From contig LCQS01000004.1 in the NCBI GenBank assembly GCA_001004265.1, forward strand, positions 1 to 51,460: a stretch of DNA of 51,460 nt, in the 5' to 3' direction. The translations under genes were made by a program, and so were the position numbers. This stretch comes from Parcubacteria group bacterium GW2011_GWA2_51_10 (GTDB taxonomy: Bacteria; Patescibacteriota; Minisyncoccia; Phycocordibacterales; UBA2100). Below are positions 17,972-28,422 of the stretch, one piece after another. The notes beneath the pieces are model-generated. The model was not told where the DNA came from, made no database searches, and was given only the letters and a program-made list of their open reading frames with translations. Positions within the stretch are counted from its first letter, which is position 1. Every line of letters starts with the position of its first letter.

Positions 17972-19183
17972 ATGGCAGTTTTTAATTACACCGCAGTTGA
18001 TGCCGAAGGAAACGAGCGGGCTGGCACTATCGAAGCCGTCAACATTGATGTGGCGATTGTTGCGATCCAGCGTCGCGGCCTCATTATATCCAACATTGAG
18101 AGTGCCGAGAAGAAAAGTGTGGGCCTCATGAGCAGAGTCACTTTTTTTGAGAGAGTAAAAAACAGCGATATCGTCATTCTTTCCCGCCAGATAACAACGC
18201 TTTTTGAAGCACAAGTGTCCGCACTTCGGGCATTCCGCCTCCTCGCCGCAGAGGCGCGAACAGAACTTCTCGCCGAGAAACTAACCATCATTGCCAACGA
18301 CATCCAGAGTGGGAGCAGCATTTCCGCAGCGCTCTCGCGGCACCCTGACGTCTTCTCCGGCTTTTACGTCAACATGGTTCGTGCAGGAGAAGAAGCGGGC
18401 AAACTGGATGAGGCGTTCTCCTTTCTCGCTGATTATCTCGATCGAACATATGAAATCTCGCAAAAAGCGCGCAATGCGCTCATTTACCCTGCGTTTGTGA
18501 TATTCACGTTCATCGTTGTCATGATTCTCATGATGACGCTCGTGATACCGAATCTCGCAAAAATGTTATCAGAAGTCGGGCAGGACATACCGATTTACAC
18601 GAAAATCGTAATAGGGATAAGCAGCTTCTTCTCCGAGTTCATAGTCCTCATATTGGTTGTTTTTGGCGCCGGTGCATTTTTCTTTGTTCGCTACGGGCGA
18701 ACGGAGGCAGGCAAAATGCTCTACTCTCGCGCACGCCTCGGGATACCGTATCTCGGAGGTGTGTATAAGAAGCTTTTCCTTTCACGACTTGCCGACAATC
18801 TTTCAACAATGCTTCGGAGCGGCATACAAATTTTGCGCGGAATTGAAATCACAGGTTCTGTCGTTGGGGATCCAGTGTATGAGAAACTCTTGAAAGAAGC
18901 AGCCATCGACGTTCAAGCCGGGCTTCCGGTATCGGAAGCTCTGCGCCGTCATCCGGAGATTCCGGGGATTGTGGTTGCGATGATTAAAATCGGCGAGGAG
19001 ACGGGAAACATGGGAAGTATTCTCGACACTATGGCCAAGTTCTACCGCCGCGAAGTGAATAATGCGATAGATACACTCGTCGGGCTCATCGAACCATTCA
19101 TGATCGTAACCTTGGCAGTGGGCGTCGCAATACTTTTAACGTCAGTTCTCATTCCTATTTACAATATCGCCTCCGGATTTTGA
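17972..19183 (+). CDS. pilC: Type IV pilus platform protein PilC (GspF family)
   Basis: Two T2SSF repeats and three TM segments. Confidence 0.9.
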   Translation: MAVFNYTAVDAEGNERAGTIEAVNIDVAIVAIQRRGLIISNIESAEKKSVGLMSRVTFFERVKNSDIVILSRQITTLFEAQVSALRAFRLLAAEARTELLAEKLTIIANDIQSGSSISAALSRHPDVFSGFYVNMVRAGEEAGKLDEAFSFLADYLDRTYEISQKARNALIYPAFVIFTFIVVMILMMTLVIPNLAKMLSEVGQDIPIYTKIVIGISSFFSEFIVLILVVFGAGAFFFVRYGRTEAGKMLYSRARLGIPYLGGVYKKLFLSRLADNLSTMLRSGIQILRGIEITGSVVGDPVYEKLLKEAAIDVQAGLPVSEALRRHPEIPGIVVAMIKIGEETGNMGSILDTMAKFYRREVNNAIDTLVGLIEPFMIVTLAVGVAILLTSVLIPIYNIASGF

Positions 19184-19201
19184 TAGAAAACAGAGCGGGT
19201 A

Positions 19202-19207
19202 TACAAT
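19202..19207 (+). promoter_or_regulatory. -10-like TACAAT, 7 nt upstream of the pilin ATG
   Basis: gggtaTACAATttaacatATG; no SD. Confidence 0.4.
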
Positions 19208-19214
19208 TTAACAT

Positions 19215-19676
19215 ATGAAATATAGCAAGGGATTCACGCTCATCGAGCTTCTGGTCGTGATCGCGATCATCGGGATTCTTTCGTCGGTTGTGCTCGCTTC
19301 TATGAACAGTGTTCGCAAAAAGGGCCGAGACACGGCTCGGATTTCTCACGTGCAGCAGTATCGGCTTGCTCTCGAAATGGTCTACGACACCTTCCAAACG
19401 TATCCTGCTGATGATGATGCAGTTGTAGATCAGGGATTTATTTCGGCGTTGCCGCGCGATCCGTCGACGAATGCCCTCTATCAATATGTTGGTATCGGCT
19501 CCGACGGTAATCCTTGCCCACCGGCGGGACCATGCACGAGTTATATTCTGAAAGCGACTCTCGAAACGCCGGGACATACGATTGTGCAGGCCGATAAAGA
19601 CGGAATGATCGCAGGGGTTAACTGTGGCCCCATACCGCAAACCGTATCGGAGGTTGAATACTGCGTAGCGCCGTAG
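19215..19676 (+). CDS. Type IV pilin (prepilin N-terminal cleavage/methylation domain)
   Basis: MKYSKG|FTLIELLVVIAIIGIL class III signal peptide. Confidence 0.85.
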   Translation: MKYSKGFTLIELLVVIAIIGILSSVVLASMNSVRKKGRDTARISHVQQYRLALEMVYDTFQTYPADDDAVVDQGFISALPRDPSTNALYQYVGIGSDGNPCPPAGPCTSYILKATLETPGHTIVQADKDGMIAGVNCGPIPQTVSEVEYCVAP

Positions 19677-19691
19677 GAATAGCAGATTGCA

Positions 19692-20495
19692 ATGACCCCA
19701 GCTCTCTTTGCCCTCTTCGGACTCATTGTGGGCAGTTTTCTTAATGTACTCATCCTCCGGAACGGCGTGGAGACACTGCGAGGCAGAAGTGCGTGCCTCT
19801 CCTGTGGAAGGAAAATCGCGTGGTACGATCTCGTTCCCGTCGTCTCGTGGATTTATCTTCGAGGAAGATGCCGCTTCTGCGGCAGCCGCATCTCCCTGCA
19901 GTATCCACTCGTAGAATTGCTTACTGGAATTCTCTTTGGTCTCGTCGGCCTCTCTTCGCTTGTGCTTTTTGAGAAGCTCATCTCCCTACCAATACTTGCT
20001 CTGCTTGTCGCTATTTTTGTCTATGATATGAAGCACAAGATTATTCCCGACCCGTGGGTCTGGACTTTCAATCTTCTTGCATTTCTGTTTTCACTACTAA
20101 CTACTAACTACTTACTACTAACTATTTTCTCTGGTCCTATCACCGCACTGCCGCTCTTTCTCCTGTGGCTTGTTTCGAGAGGGACATGGATGGGATTCGG
20201 GGACGTGAAGTTGGCGCTTGGGATGGGGTGGCTCTTGGGGTCGTTCTATGGGCTCTATGCTATTTTTTTCGCATTCGTGCTCGGAGCCGTTATAAGCGTT
20301 CCACTTGTATTTTTTTCTTCCCAATTATGGAAGCGAAGCATCCCGTATCACTTTTTGCACAGATTCATCACGGTAAAAAGTGCTAAGGGGTATACAATGA
20401 AAAGCGAGGTGCCGTTCGGGCCATTCCTCGTGTCGTCGACTATTATGGTTTGGTTCGCAATGCTCTATAACGTGCCACTGTCGCTACTTGCATGA
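19692..20495 (+). CDS. pilD: Prepilin peptidase/N-methyltransferase PilD (A24 family)
   Basis: CLSCG...CRFCG zinc motif plus the catalytic-Asp contexts YDMKHKIIPD and GFGDVKL. Confidence 0.85.
   Translation: MTPALFALFGLIVGSFLNVLILRNGVETLRGRSACLSCGRKIAWYDLVPVVSWIYLRGRCRFCGSRISLQYPLVELLTGILFGLVGLSSLVLFEKLISLPILALLVAIFVYDMKHKIIPDPWVWTFNLLAFLFSLLTTNYLLLTIFSGPITALPLFLLWLVSRGTWMGFGDVKLALGMGWLLGSFYGLYAIFFAFVLGAVISVPLVFFSSQLWKRSIPYHFLHRFITVKSAKGYTMKSEVPFGPFLVSSTIMVWFAMLYNVPLSLLA
20094..20125 (+). repeat. Heptamer tandem repeat (CTACTAA x ~4.5) inside the pilD coding sequence
   Basis: ctactaa ctactaa ctactta ctactaa ctatt, which encodes LLTTNYLLLT. Confidence 0.75.
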
Positions 20496-21070
20496 TAAAG
20501 AAAAAGAGTACTTCTGCAGGTCTAACGTTGATAGAGCTCGTCGTGGCTGTCGGTATTTTCGCACTTATCACGGGCATTATCCTTGCAAACAATACTCGTT
20601 TTGGCGGAATATTTTCGCTCCAAAATCTCGCGTACAGCATTGCGCTTTCAATTCGAGAGGCGCAGGCCCATGGCATATCAGTAAGCAGGTACTCGAGCGG
20701 CTACGAAACGGCATTCGGCATGCATTTTGATGTATCATCACCGGCGAGTCGCCTACACTATGAACTTTTTGCCGATAGCATTGATGACGGCTATTTCGAA
20801 ACAAGCGAGAATGTGCCGCCATCGCCATATACGATTGGCCGGGGGTATACAATTTCGAAGCTCTGCGCACCCGCGGGGAATACTATTGAGACCTGTACGT
20901 CTGTAGAGCGACTCGATATCATCTTTAGACGTCCCGAGCCCGATGCGTCTATTCGCGCGAATAGCCTGGCGCAGAAGTATGAAAGCGGTCGGATCGTCGT
21001 GCAGTCACCTCGGGGTGATCAATTGAGCATTCTTGTGTTAGCAACGGGCGGGATATCAGTTCAAAGATAA
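20492..21070 (+). CDS. Minor pilin/pseudopilin (prepilin-type N-terminus)
   Basis: SAG|LTLIELVVAVGIFALI. Its ATG overlaps the pilD TGA. Confidence 0.75.
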   Translation: MIKKKSTSAGLTLIELVVAVGIFALITGIILANNTRFGGIFSLQNLAYSIALSIREAQAHGISVSRYSSGYETAFGMHFDVSSPASRLHYELFADSIDDGYFETSENVPPSPYTIGRGYTISKLCAPAGNTIETCTSVERLDIIFRRPEPDASIRANSLAQKYESGRIVVQSPRGDQLSILVLATGGISVQR

Positions 21071-21072
21071 AT

Positions 21073-21948
21073 ATGTGGAACAAAACTCTTTCTTGCTGTG
21101 CAATTTTAGGGTCGCTATCTGCGCGTGCTCGCGCAGCGCTGCCTCTCGCGCCGTCGCGCTGCGAGACACCCCAAAATCGCACAGCTTCGGCGAGTTTTGT
21201 TTTTGGGAGGAGGAATAAAATACCTCGCAGCAAGCTGACGAGGTATTTTATTTTTGAGAACCGTCGGTTCTCAACGCTCGCTTCGCTCGCTGCTCTCCTC
21301 CACGGGGAACCGGATGCGGGTCCCCGACCCCCTCCGCCCTTTGCGCATTCACCCCCGAAGCAGAGCTTCGGGGAACTCTGCGCAAAGATAGGAGAAAATC
21401 GGGGTTTTACTTTGATCGAAATGATGGTTGCAACTGCGCTGTTTGCAATTGTGATGCTTGTTTCTGTGAGCACGCTTCTTGCGCTCGCGGATGCGAATCG
21501 GAAGGCGCAAGCGCTCCAATCCGTCATAAATAATCTGAATGTCTCGCTCGACGGCATGGTGCGCGCCATTCGCATCGGGAGCGATTACCATTGTGGCAGC
21601 ACGGGTGTTCTGCGCGACCCGCAGTCGTGTCCAACCGGGGGAGATACATACTTTGCATTTCAGCCATACCATGAAGGCGACGCTGCCGTGCAGCCGTGGG
21701 TGTATAAATTTGACGGCACTCAAATCCTGAAATCAGAAACAGGAGGGGAACCATTCTACGCAATCACAACGCCTGAGGTCCAAATTGATAGCGTCCGTTT
21801 TTACGTCGTTGGCACAGCGCGTGGCGCAGATAGAATTCAGCCGAAAGTCGTCATCACGATAAAGGGTACCGCAAGTGCCGGTAACGAAAGAGCGAAAACG
21901 GAATTCAACATTCAGGCAACAGCTGTGCAGAGAATACTTGATATCTAG
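21073..21948 (+). CDS. Minor pilin/pseudopilin; only the part from ~21400 is recognisable and the start is unresolved
   Basis: The prepilin motif NRG|FTLIEMMVATALFAIV is encoded at ~21397-21450. The upstream ~330 nt of the ORF consists of repeat elements. Confidence 0.55.
   Translation: MWNKTLSCCAILGSLSARARAALPLAPSRCETPQNRTASASFVFGRRNKIPRSKLTRYFIFENRRFSTLASLAALLHGEPDAGPRPPPPFAHSPPKQSFGELCAKIGENRGFTLIEMMVATALFAIVMLVSVSTLLALADANRKAQALQSVINNLNVSLDGMVRAIRIGSDYHCGSTGVLRDPQSCPTGGDTYFAFQPYHEGDAAVQPWVYKFDGTQILKSETGGEPFYAITTPEVQIDSVRFYVVGTARGADRIQPKVVITIKGTASAGNERAKTEFNIQATAVQRILDI
21115..21345 (+). repeat. Composite repeat insertion (R2-like half plus R1-like core TTTGAGAAC..GTTCTCAACGCTCGC..GCTCGCTGCTCTC.TCCAC)
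   Basis: The core matches 29311..29352 of repeat B. GCTCGCGCAGCG and the CAGCAAGCTG-loop hairpin match 659..760. Confidence 0.6.
21217..21255 (+). terminator. Intrinsic-terminator-like hairpin with a T run
   Basis: AAAATACCTCG-cagcaagctga-CGAGGTATTTTATTTTT, 150 nt after the stop at 21070. Confidence 0.55.
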
Positions 21949-22051
21949 TTCGTAGAACGTAGTACGTAAAAAGTAGTAAATAGCATGAAAAAAATCACCA
22001 TATGAAAAAGAATTCTCAACTACGAACTACGAACTACGTACTACGTACTAG
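21945..22051. repeat. Pair of 7-nt-period repeat arrays (TAGNACG x ~6; CTACGWA x ~4.5) spanning the start and leader of the next minor pilin
   Basis: ACGTAGTACGTA (21957-21968) is the reverse complement of TACGTACTACGT (22035-22046). Confidence 0.75.
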
Positions 22052-22571
22052 TGCTGGGTTTACGCTCGTCGAGACCTTCGTCGCGGTCGTGCTTTTGTCT
22101 GTTACGATTGTTGCTCCCATGATGCTGACGGTGCGGAGCCTTTCTTCCGCATACTATGCACGCGATCAGGTGACAGCATTTCATTTGGCGCAGGAAGCGA
22201 TAGAAGTTGTTCGGCACATTCGGGATAGCAACATCCTTAAGATCGTCTATGGTGAGTCCACGAATCTTTTTGCCGGCATACCATCGACGAGTGGCGAGGC
22301 ATTTTACGTCGATGCACCTTCTTCCGCCGCTCTCGACTGCGGGGACAGCGGGTGCCCGCTTCTTACGACCGATGGGGAACTCTACGGATACGGCGAAGGC
22401 GGGAATTGGAGGAGTACAAAATTCACACGAGCTGTTCGAGTAACTGCCATTAATCCGGACGAGTTGCGCGTCGCCGTAACGGTTTCTTGGAAATCGGGGC
22501 CATTTAAAGAGCGCACATTCACGATTTCCGAAAATGTTTATCGGTGGGTTGAGGACGGAAGCGCAATATGA
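22002..22571 (+). CDS. Minor pilin/pseudopilin
   Basis: TSAG|FTLVETFVAVVLLSV. The leader QLRTTNYVLRTS is encoded by the heptamer repeat. Confidence 0.75.
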   Translation: MKKNSQLRTTNYVLRTSAGFTLVETFVAVVLLSVTIVAPMMLTVRSLSSAYYARDQVTAFHLAQEAIEVVRHIRDSNILKIVYGESTNLFAGIPSTSGEAFYVDAPSSAALDCGDSGCPLLTTDGELYGYGEGGNWRSTKFTRAVRVTAINPDELRVAVTVSWKSGPFKERTFTISENVYRWVEDGSAI

Positions 22572-23167
22572 CCCCTTATCACTTTTTCTCCAAATGCTGT
22601 AAGCGGCTTTCTAGAGTCGGTGATTCGTCGTTGTTCAAAACCATGGTGGCAGATCCCACTTTTAGGAAAAGTGATAAGGGGTTTACGCTCCTGCTTGCAG
22701 CGCTCGTTTCTTCGATTGCTCTTGCGCTCGGAGTTGCGGTGTTTGAGATTGCAATAAAGCAGATCGAGCTGTCGTCGATGGGCCGCGATTCGCAATTCGC
22801 ATTCTATACAGCCGATTCCGCGGCGGAATGCGCGCTCTATTGGGATTATCGCTATTCGTATTTTTCTCCAACTCCTTCGCCGGATACGCCAGCGAACGTT
22901 ACATGCGATGGCAGAACTATAACCATCAGTGATCGCCCTGCCGAGCCGATGCCGAGCACGTACACATACACGATAGGGATCGGCGACATGAATTTATTTA
23001 CAGATGCGACGCCAGGAAACTTGTGCGCGCGCGTTACTGTAACGAAGACACGCGGCGCGGATAACATCGTTCGCAGCATTATTCACGCCGATGGTTTTAA
23101 TGATGATTGCAGCTCTCTTGCCGAGAATCCGCGCGCTATTCAGCGTTCAGTGGAGATACGGTACTGA
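22568..23167 (+). CDS. Minor pilin/pseudopilin
   Basis: SDKG|FTLLLAALVSSIAL. ATG 22568 overlaps the upstream TGA; an alternative ATG is at 22643. Confidence 0.65.
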   Translation: MTPYHFFSKCCKRLSRVGDSSLFKTMVADPTFRKSDKGFTLLLAALVSSIALALGVAVFEIAIKQIELSSMGRDSQFAFYTADSAAECALYWDYRYSYFSPTPSPDTPANVTCDGRTITISDRPAEPMPSTYTYTIGIGDMNLFTDATPGNLCARVTVTKTRGADNIVRSIIHADGFNDDCSSLAENPRAIQRSVEIRY

Positions 23168-23171
23168 ACCA

Positions 23172-23253
23172 GGTTCTAGCTGCTAGGGACTAGGTTCTAG
23201 AGAGATTCACGATGAGTCGGTTCCTGTATTTCCTGAAGCTAGAAGCTAGAAAC
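23172..23253. repeat. Pair of CTAG-rich 7-nt-period repeat blocks upstream of ligA
   Basis: TTCTAGCT (23174-23181) is complementary to AGCTAGAA (23244-23251). The right arm reads gaagcta gaagcta gaaac. Confidence 0.65.
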
Positions 23254-23265
23254 AAGAAGTTGTAG

Positions 23266-25284
<2,019 letters not shown>

Positions 25285-25314
25285 GCTGATTTTTTTGAAG
25301 TGGATGCGTAGGGT

Positions 25315-25620
25315 ATGATGTCGGCAATGGCTGGCGAAATTGATATTAAAGCGCTTGCGGAACTCGCGCGACTTGAGGTAGGGGATGAAGAGCTCGCGAC
25401 GCTCGAGCGCGAGATTCCGGATATTCTGAACTTTGTTCGCGTCATAGAAAAGGCAGCAGCCTCATCGGAGGAAGAGTCTCCGTCCCTCCGGAATGTTGTG
25501 CGAGCGGACGAGAATCCGCATGAGAGCGGTGTGTATACCGAGAAGTTATTGAAAGCTGCGCCAGCGCGAGAAGGGAATCGTATTGCGGTGAAACAAGTCT
25601 TAAAAAAGAATAAGGAATAG
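25315..25620 (+). CDS. gatC: Asp/Glu-tRNA amidotransferase subunit C
   Basis: LA.LARLE....E...L..EI..IL.FV pattern, ~100 aa, immediately upstream of gatA. Confidence 0.8.
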   Translation: MMSAMAGEIDIKALAELARLEVGDEELATLEREIPDILNFVRVIEKAAASSEEESPSLRNVVRADENPHESGVYTEKLLKAAPAREGNRIAVKQVLKKNKE

Positions 25621-25651
25621 GGAATAAAGAATAAGGGAGAAAGGATAACGT

Positions 25652-26958
25652 ATGCTAGATATAACAGCGCTAACGATTGCTGGGGCAAGAAAAGGCCTCG
25701 ATAAAAAGGAGTATTCGGCGCAGGAGCTTACGAATGCGTGCCTTTCTGAAATTGAAAAGAGGGAGCCGAATATTCATGCATTTCTCGAGGTATGGATGGA
25801 TTCGGCGCGCGACGAGGCGAAAGCGGCAGATGAAATGATTGCGCGTGGTGAATCGCGATCGCTCACCGGTATTCCGCTTGCGATCAAAGACAATATTCTC
25901 ATCGAAGGCAGGCGCGCAAGCTCAGGCTCGAAGATATTGGAGAATTACGAAGCATCCTATAACGCGACCGTGATCGAGAAGCTTAAACGCGAGGGAGCCG
26001 TCTTTATCGGGCGCACAAACATGGATGAATTTGCCATGGGCTCATCCACAGAAAATTCGGCATTCGGACCGACAAAAAATCCCCACGACACTGCGCGCGT
26101 TCCCGGCGGCAGCTCCGGCGGAAGCGCCGCAGCGGTTGCTTGTGGAGCGGCACTCGGCGCACTCGGCTCTGACACCGGCGGCTCTATCAGACAGCCGGCA
26201 GCTTTTTGCGGCCTGGTGGGCCTCAAGCCGACCTACGGCTCCGTATCGCGCTTCGGTCTTATGGCAATGGGCTCTTCGCTCGATCAGATCGGCCCATTTG
26301 CAAAAACAGTCGCTGATGCGGAAATCATATTTGAAGCGATTAAGGGACATGATCCACTGGATAGCACCTCGTTTCCATCCGAAGAAGAAGCGTCGCCGCC
26401 GCAACGGAAAGTTATCGGAGTGCTGCGCAGTTTCATCGAGCGCGGCGGGATTGATCCAGAGATGCTCGCAAATTTCAATAGCGCGCTCGAACAATTAAAA
26501 AGCCGCGGCTTCACGGTAAAAGAAGTTGAACTGCCCTCGCTCGAATACGCACTCGCTGTCTACTACGTCCTCATGCCCGCGGAGGCGTCCACCAATCTCG
26601 CGCGCTATGACGGGATTCGCTACGGGCTATCCACTCCGGCAGAAACGATTCAAGAAGTATACAAAAAAACGCGAGGACAGGGCTTTGGAAGAGAGGTTCG
26701 GAGTCAGTCGATGCGATAGCAACTCCGACGACGCCTGCTCCCGCATTCAAATTCGGTGAGAAATCAGATCCGCTCTCTATGTACTTAGAGGATATATTCA
26801 CAGTGCCCGTGAATCTTGCCGGCGTGCCGGCGATTTCCGTTCCTTCGGGGATGGTGGAGAGGGACGGCTCTCTCCTTCCAGCTGGCTTTCAAATTATTGG
26901 TCCTTCCCGAAGCGAGAAAATGTTATTTGCTATCGGCAAATGCATAGAAAATACATAG
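25652..26958 (+). pseudogene. gatA: Glu/Asp-tRNA amidotransferase subunit A with an internal out-of-frame deletion
   Basis: The N-part (25652..26719) has the amidase signature GGSSGGSAAAV. After GFGREVR the frame stops. The C-part VDAIATPTTPAPAFKFGEK...NLAGVPAISVP continues in another frame to TAG 26956-26958. About 40 conserved residues are absent. Confidence 0.75.
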
Positions 26959-27076
26959 TATAATTTCCCCATGATCTCCGCCTTTTTGCGGAGACGATAT
27001 TGCCATGCACGGTCGAGTTTGCTACCAGAACGTAATTGCGCGGCGCGCGCTGAAAAACGCCGCCTGCTGCTAAAAG

Positions 27077-27787
27077 ATGCCCGGCGACATACCAATTGGA
27101 GAGGCGTTTACCAATATTATATGGTACGTAGGTGAGCTCGCGTTCCGGCTTGTGCCCGGTACCATTCTTTCGCTCTCGCAAAATATTAATGATCCTGTGG
27201 CGGGTCCAGTTCCCTCTGGAATCGGGCCAATTGCTGAGCCAGTCACGACGGAGAGCGTCGTTACCTATTTGGAGCGGATATCGACTCCGGAGCAATACAG
27301 TTCACTCGTTCACAATTGGGAAATGTATGTCGCATACGTGATGGCCCTCTCGCTTGTCTTGCTGACGATTGTCATTTACTGCTCTATCCGCGTTCGCCAG
27401 CTTCGATACTGGGAGCGCAAGCAATTTGAAGCGGCGGCGCAAACAGTCGTTGCGGAAGACGTGCCGCGCACGATTCTGCGCTGGAAAAGAATTATCGAAC
27501 AAGTCTCCTCCGATAACGAGCAAAATTGGCGGCTCGCGATTCTGGAAGCGGACATCATGTTGAGCGAGCTTCTCGATAGGGAAGGGCACAAAGGTGATAC
27601 GATCGCCGACAAGCTGAAAAATGTGGATCGCGCATCATTCAACACGATTGATTTTGCGTGGGAAGGGCACAAAGTGCGCAATCGAATCGCGCATGAGGGA
27701 GCGAGCATGCATCTCACTGACCGCGAAGTGCGGCGCGTCATACATTTGTACGAGCGCGTGTTCAGAGAATTTGGGATTATTGAATAA
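27077..27787 (+). CDS. Membrane protein with a C-terminal helical domain carrying an Rx4H (HEPN/DUF4145-like) motif
   Basis: Central TM segment (YVMALSLVLLTIVIYC), then AILEADIML...AWEGHKVRNRIAHEG. Confidence 0.45.
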   Translation: MPGDIPIGEAFTNIIWYVGELAFRLVPGTILSLSQNINDPVAGPVPSGIGPIAEPVTTESVVTYLERISTPEQYSSLVHNWEMYVAYVMALSLVLLTIVIYCSIRVRQLRYWERKQFEAAAQTVVAEDVPRTILRWKRIIEQVSSDNEQNWRLAILEADIMLSELLDREGHKGDTIADKLKNVDRASFNTIDFAWEGHKVRNRIAHEGASMHLTDREVRRVIHLYERVFREFGIIE

Positions 27788-27895
27788 TCTCAACATTGTC
27801 CGGGCGGCCCGATTTGATTTACAAATGCGGAAGCCGTGGTAAAGTCTTGCGGGTATCCGGGCTATCAAAGCTCATTTTACTGATGGAGGTTCCAA

Positions 27896-28372
27896 ATGAT
27901 TGCCAAGCTGTGGGCTGCAATCGCTACGGTAATAGCCGCGGCACTGACGGTGCTGCACTTCGATAACCCGTATCCGCTCGTTCAGGTTCCCGATCGCGGG
28001 CATCGACTGTACGCCGTTCCGGCCGCACAGCATGCGCTGGTTGTGGACATTCTGAAAAGGTCAGGGCTGAGGCCCTTCGGCACTTTCACGGCCGGGATCA
28101 GGCAGACGCTGTTTGAGGACGGCATGACGGTGATCGCATCGGGCGCGGGGGTGGAGAAGGCAGCAATCTCGCTTCCGGTCGAAAATCCTCAAAAGAAAGC
28201 TGAGGAAATGAAGAAAGTTGTCCTGGCTGAATTCGGGATCGAAACGCAGCTCTGGACACCGCCCGATCCAGAATTGAAGGACAAGCTCGTCGTGCTGAAG
28301 TCCGCAAATCTTCCGCTCGACTTCGCCTACCGCCTGCCAGGCAATAAAATGCCATGGCCGAAGTGGGAATGA
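27896..28372 (+). CDS. Hypothetical secreted/membrane-anchored protein
   Basis: GGAGG SD, a hydrophobic N-terminus, and a clear terminator downstream. Confidence 0.5.
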   Translation: MIAKLWAAIATVIAAALTVLHFDNPYPLVQVPDRGHRLYAVPAAQHALVVDILKRSGLRPFGTFTAGIRQTLFEDGMTVIASGAGVEKAAISLPVENPQKKAEEMKKVVLAEFGIETQLWTPPDPELKDKLVVLKSANLPLDFAYRLPGNKMPWPKWE

Positions 28373-28392
28373 GGCGATCGACTGCCTTGCGA

Positions 28393-28422
28393 ACACTTCG
28401 GAGAGATCCGGAGTGTTTTTTT
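28393..28422 (+). terminator. Rho-independent terminator
   Basis: ACACTtCGGA-gaga-TCCGgAGTGT followed by TTTTTTT. Confidence 0.75.
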
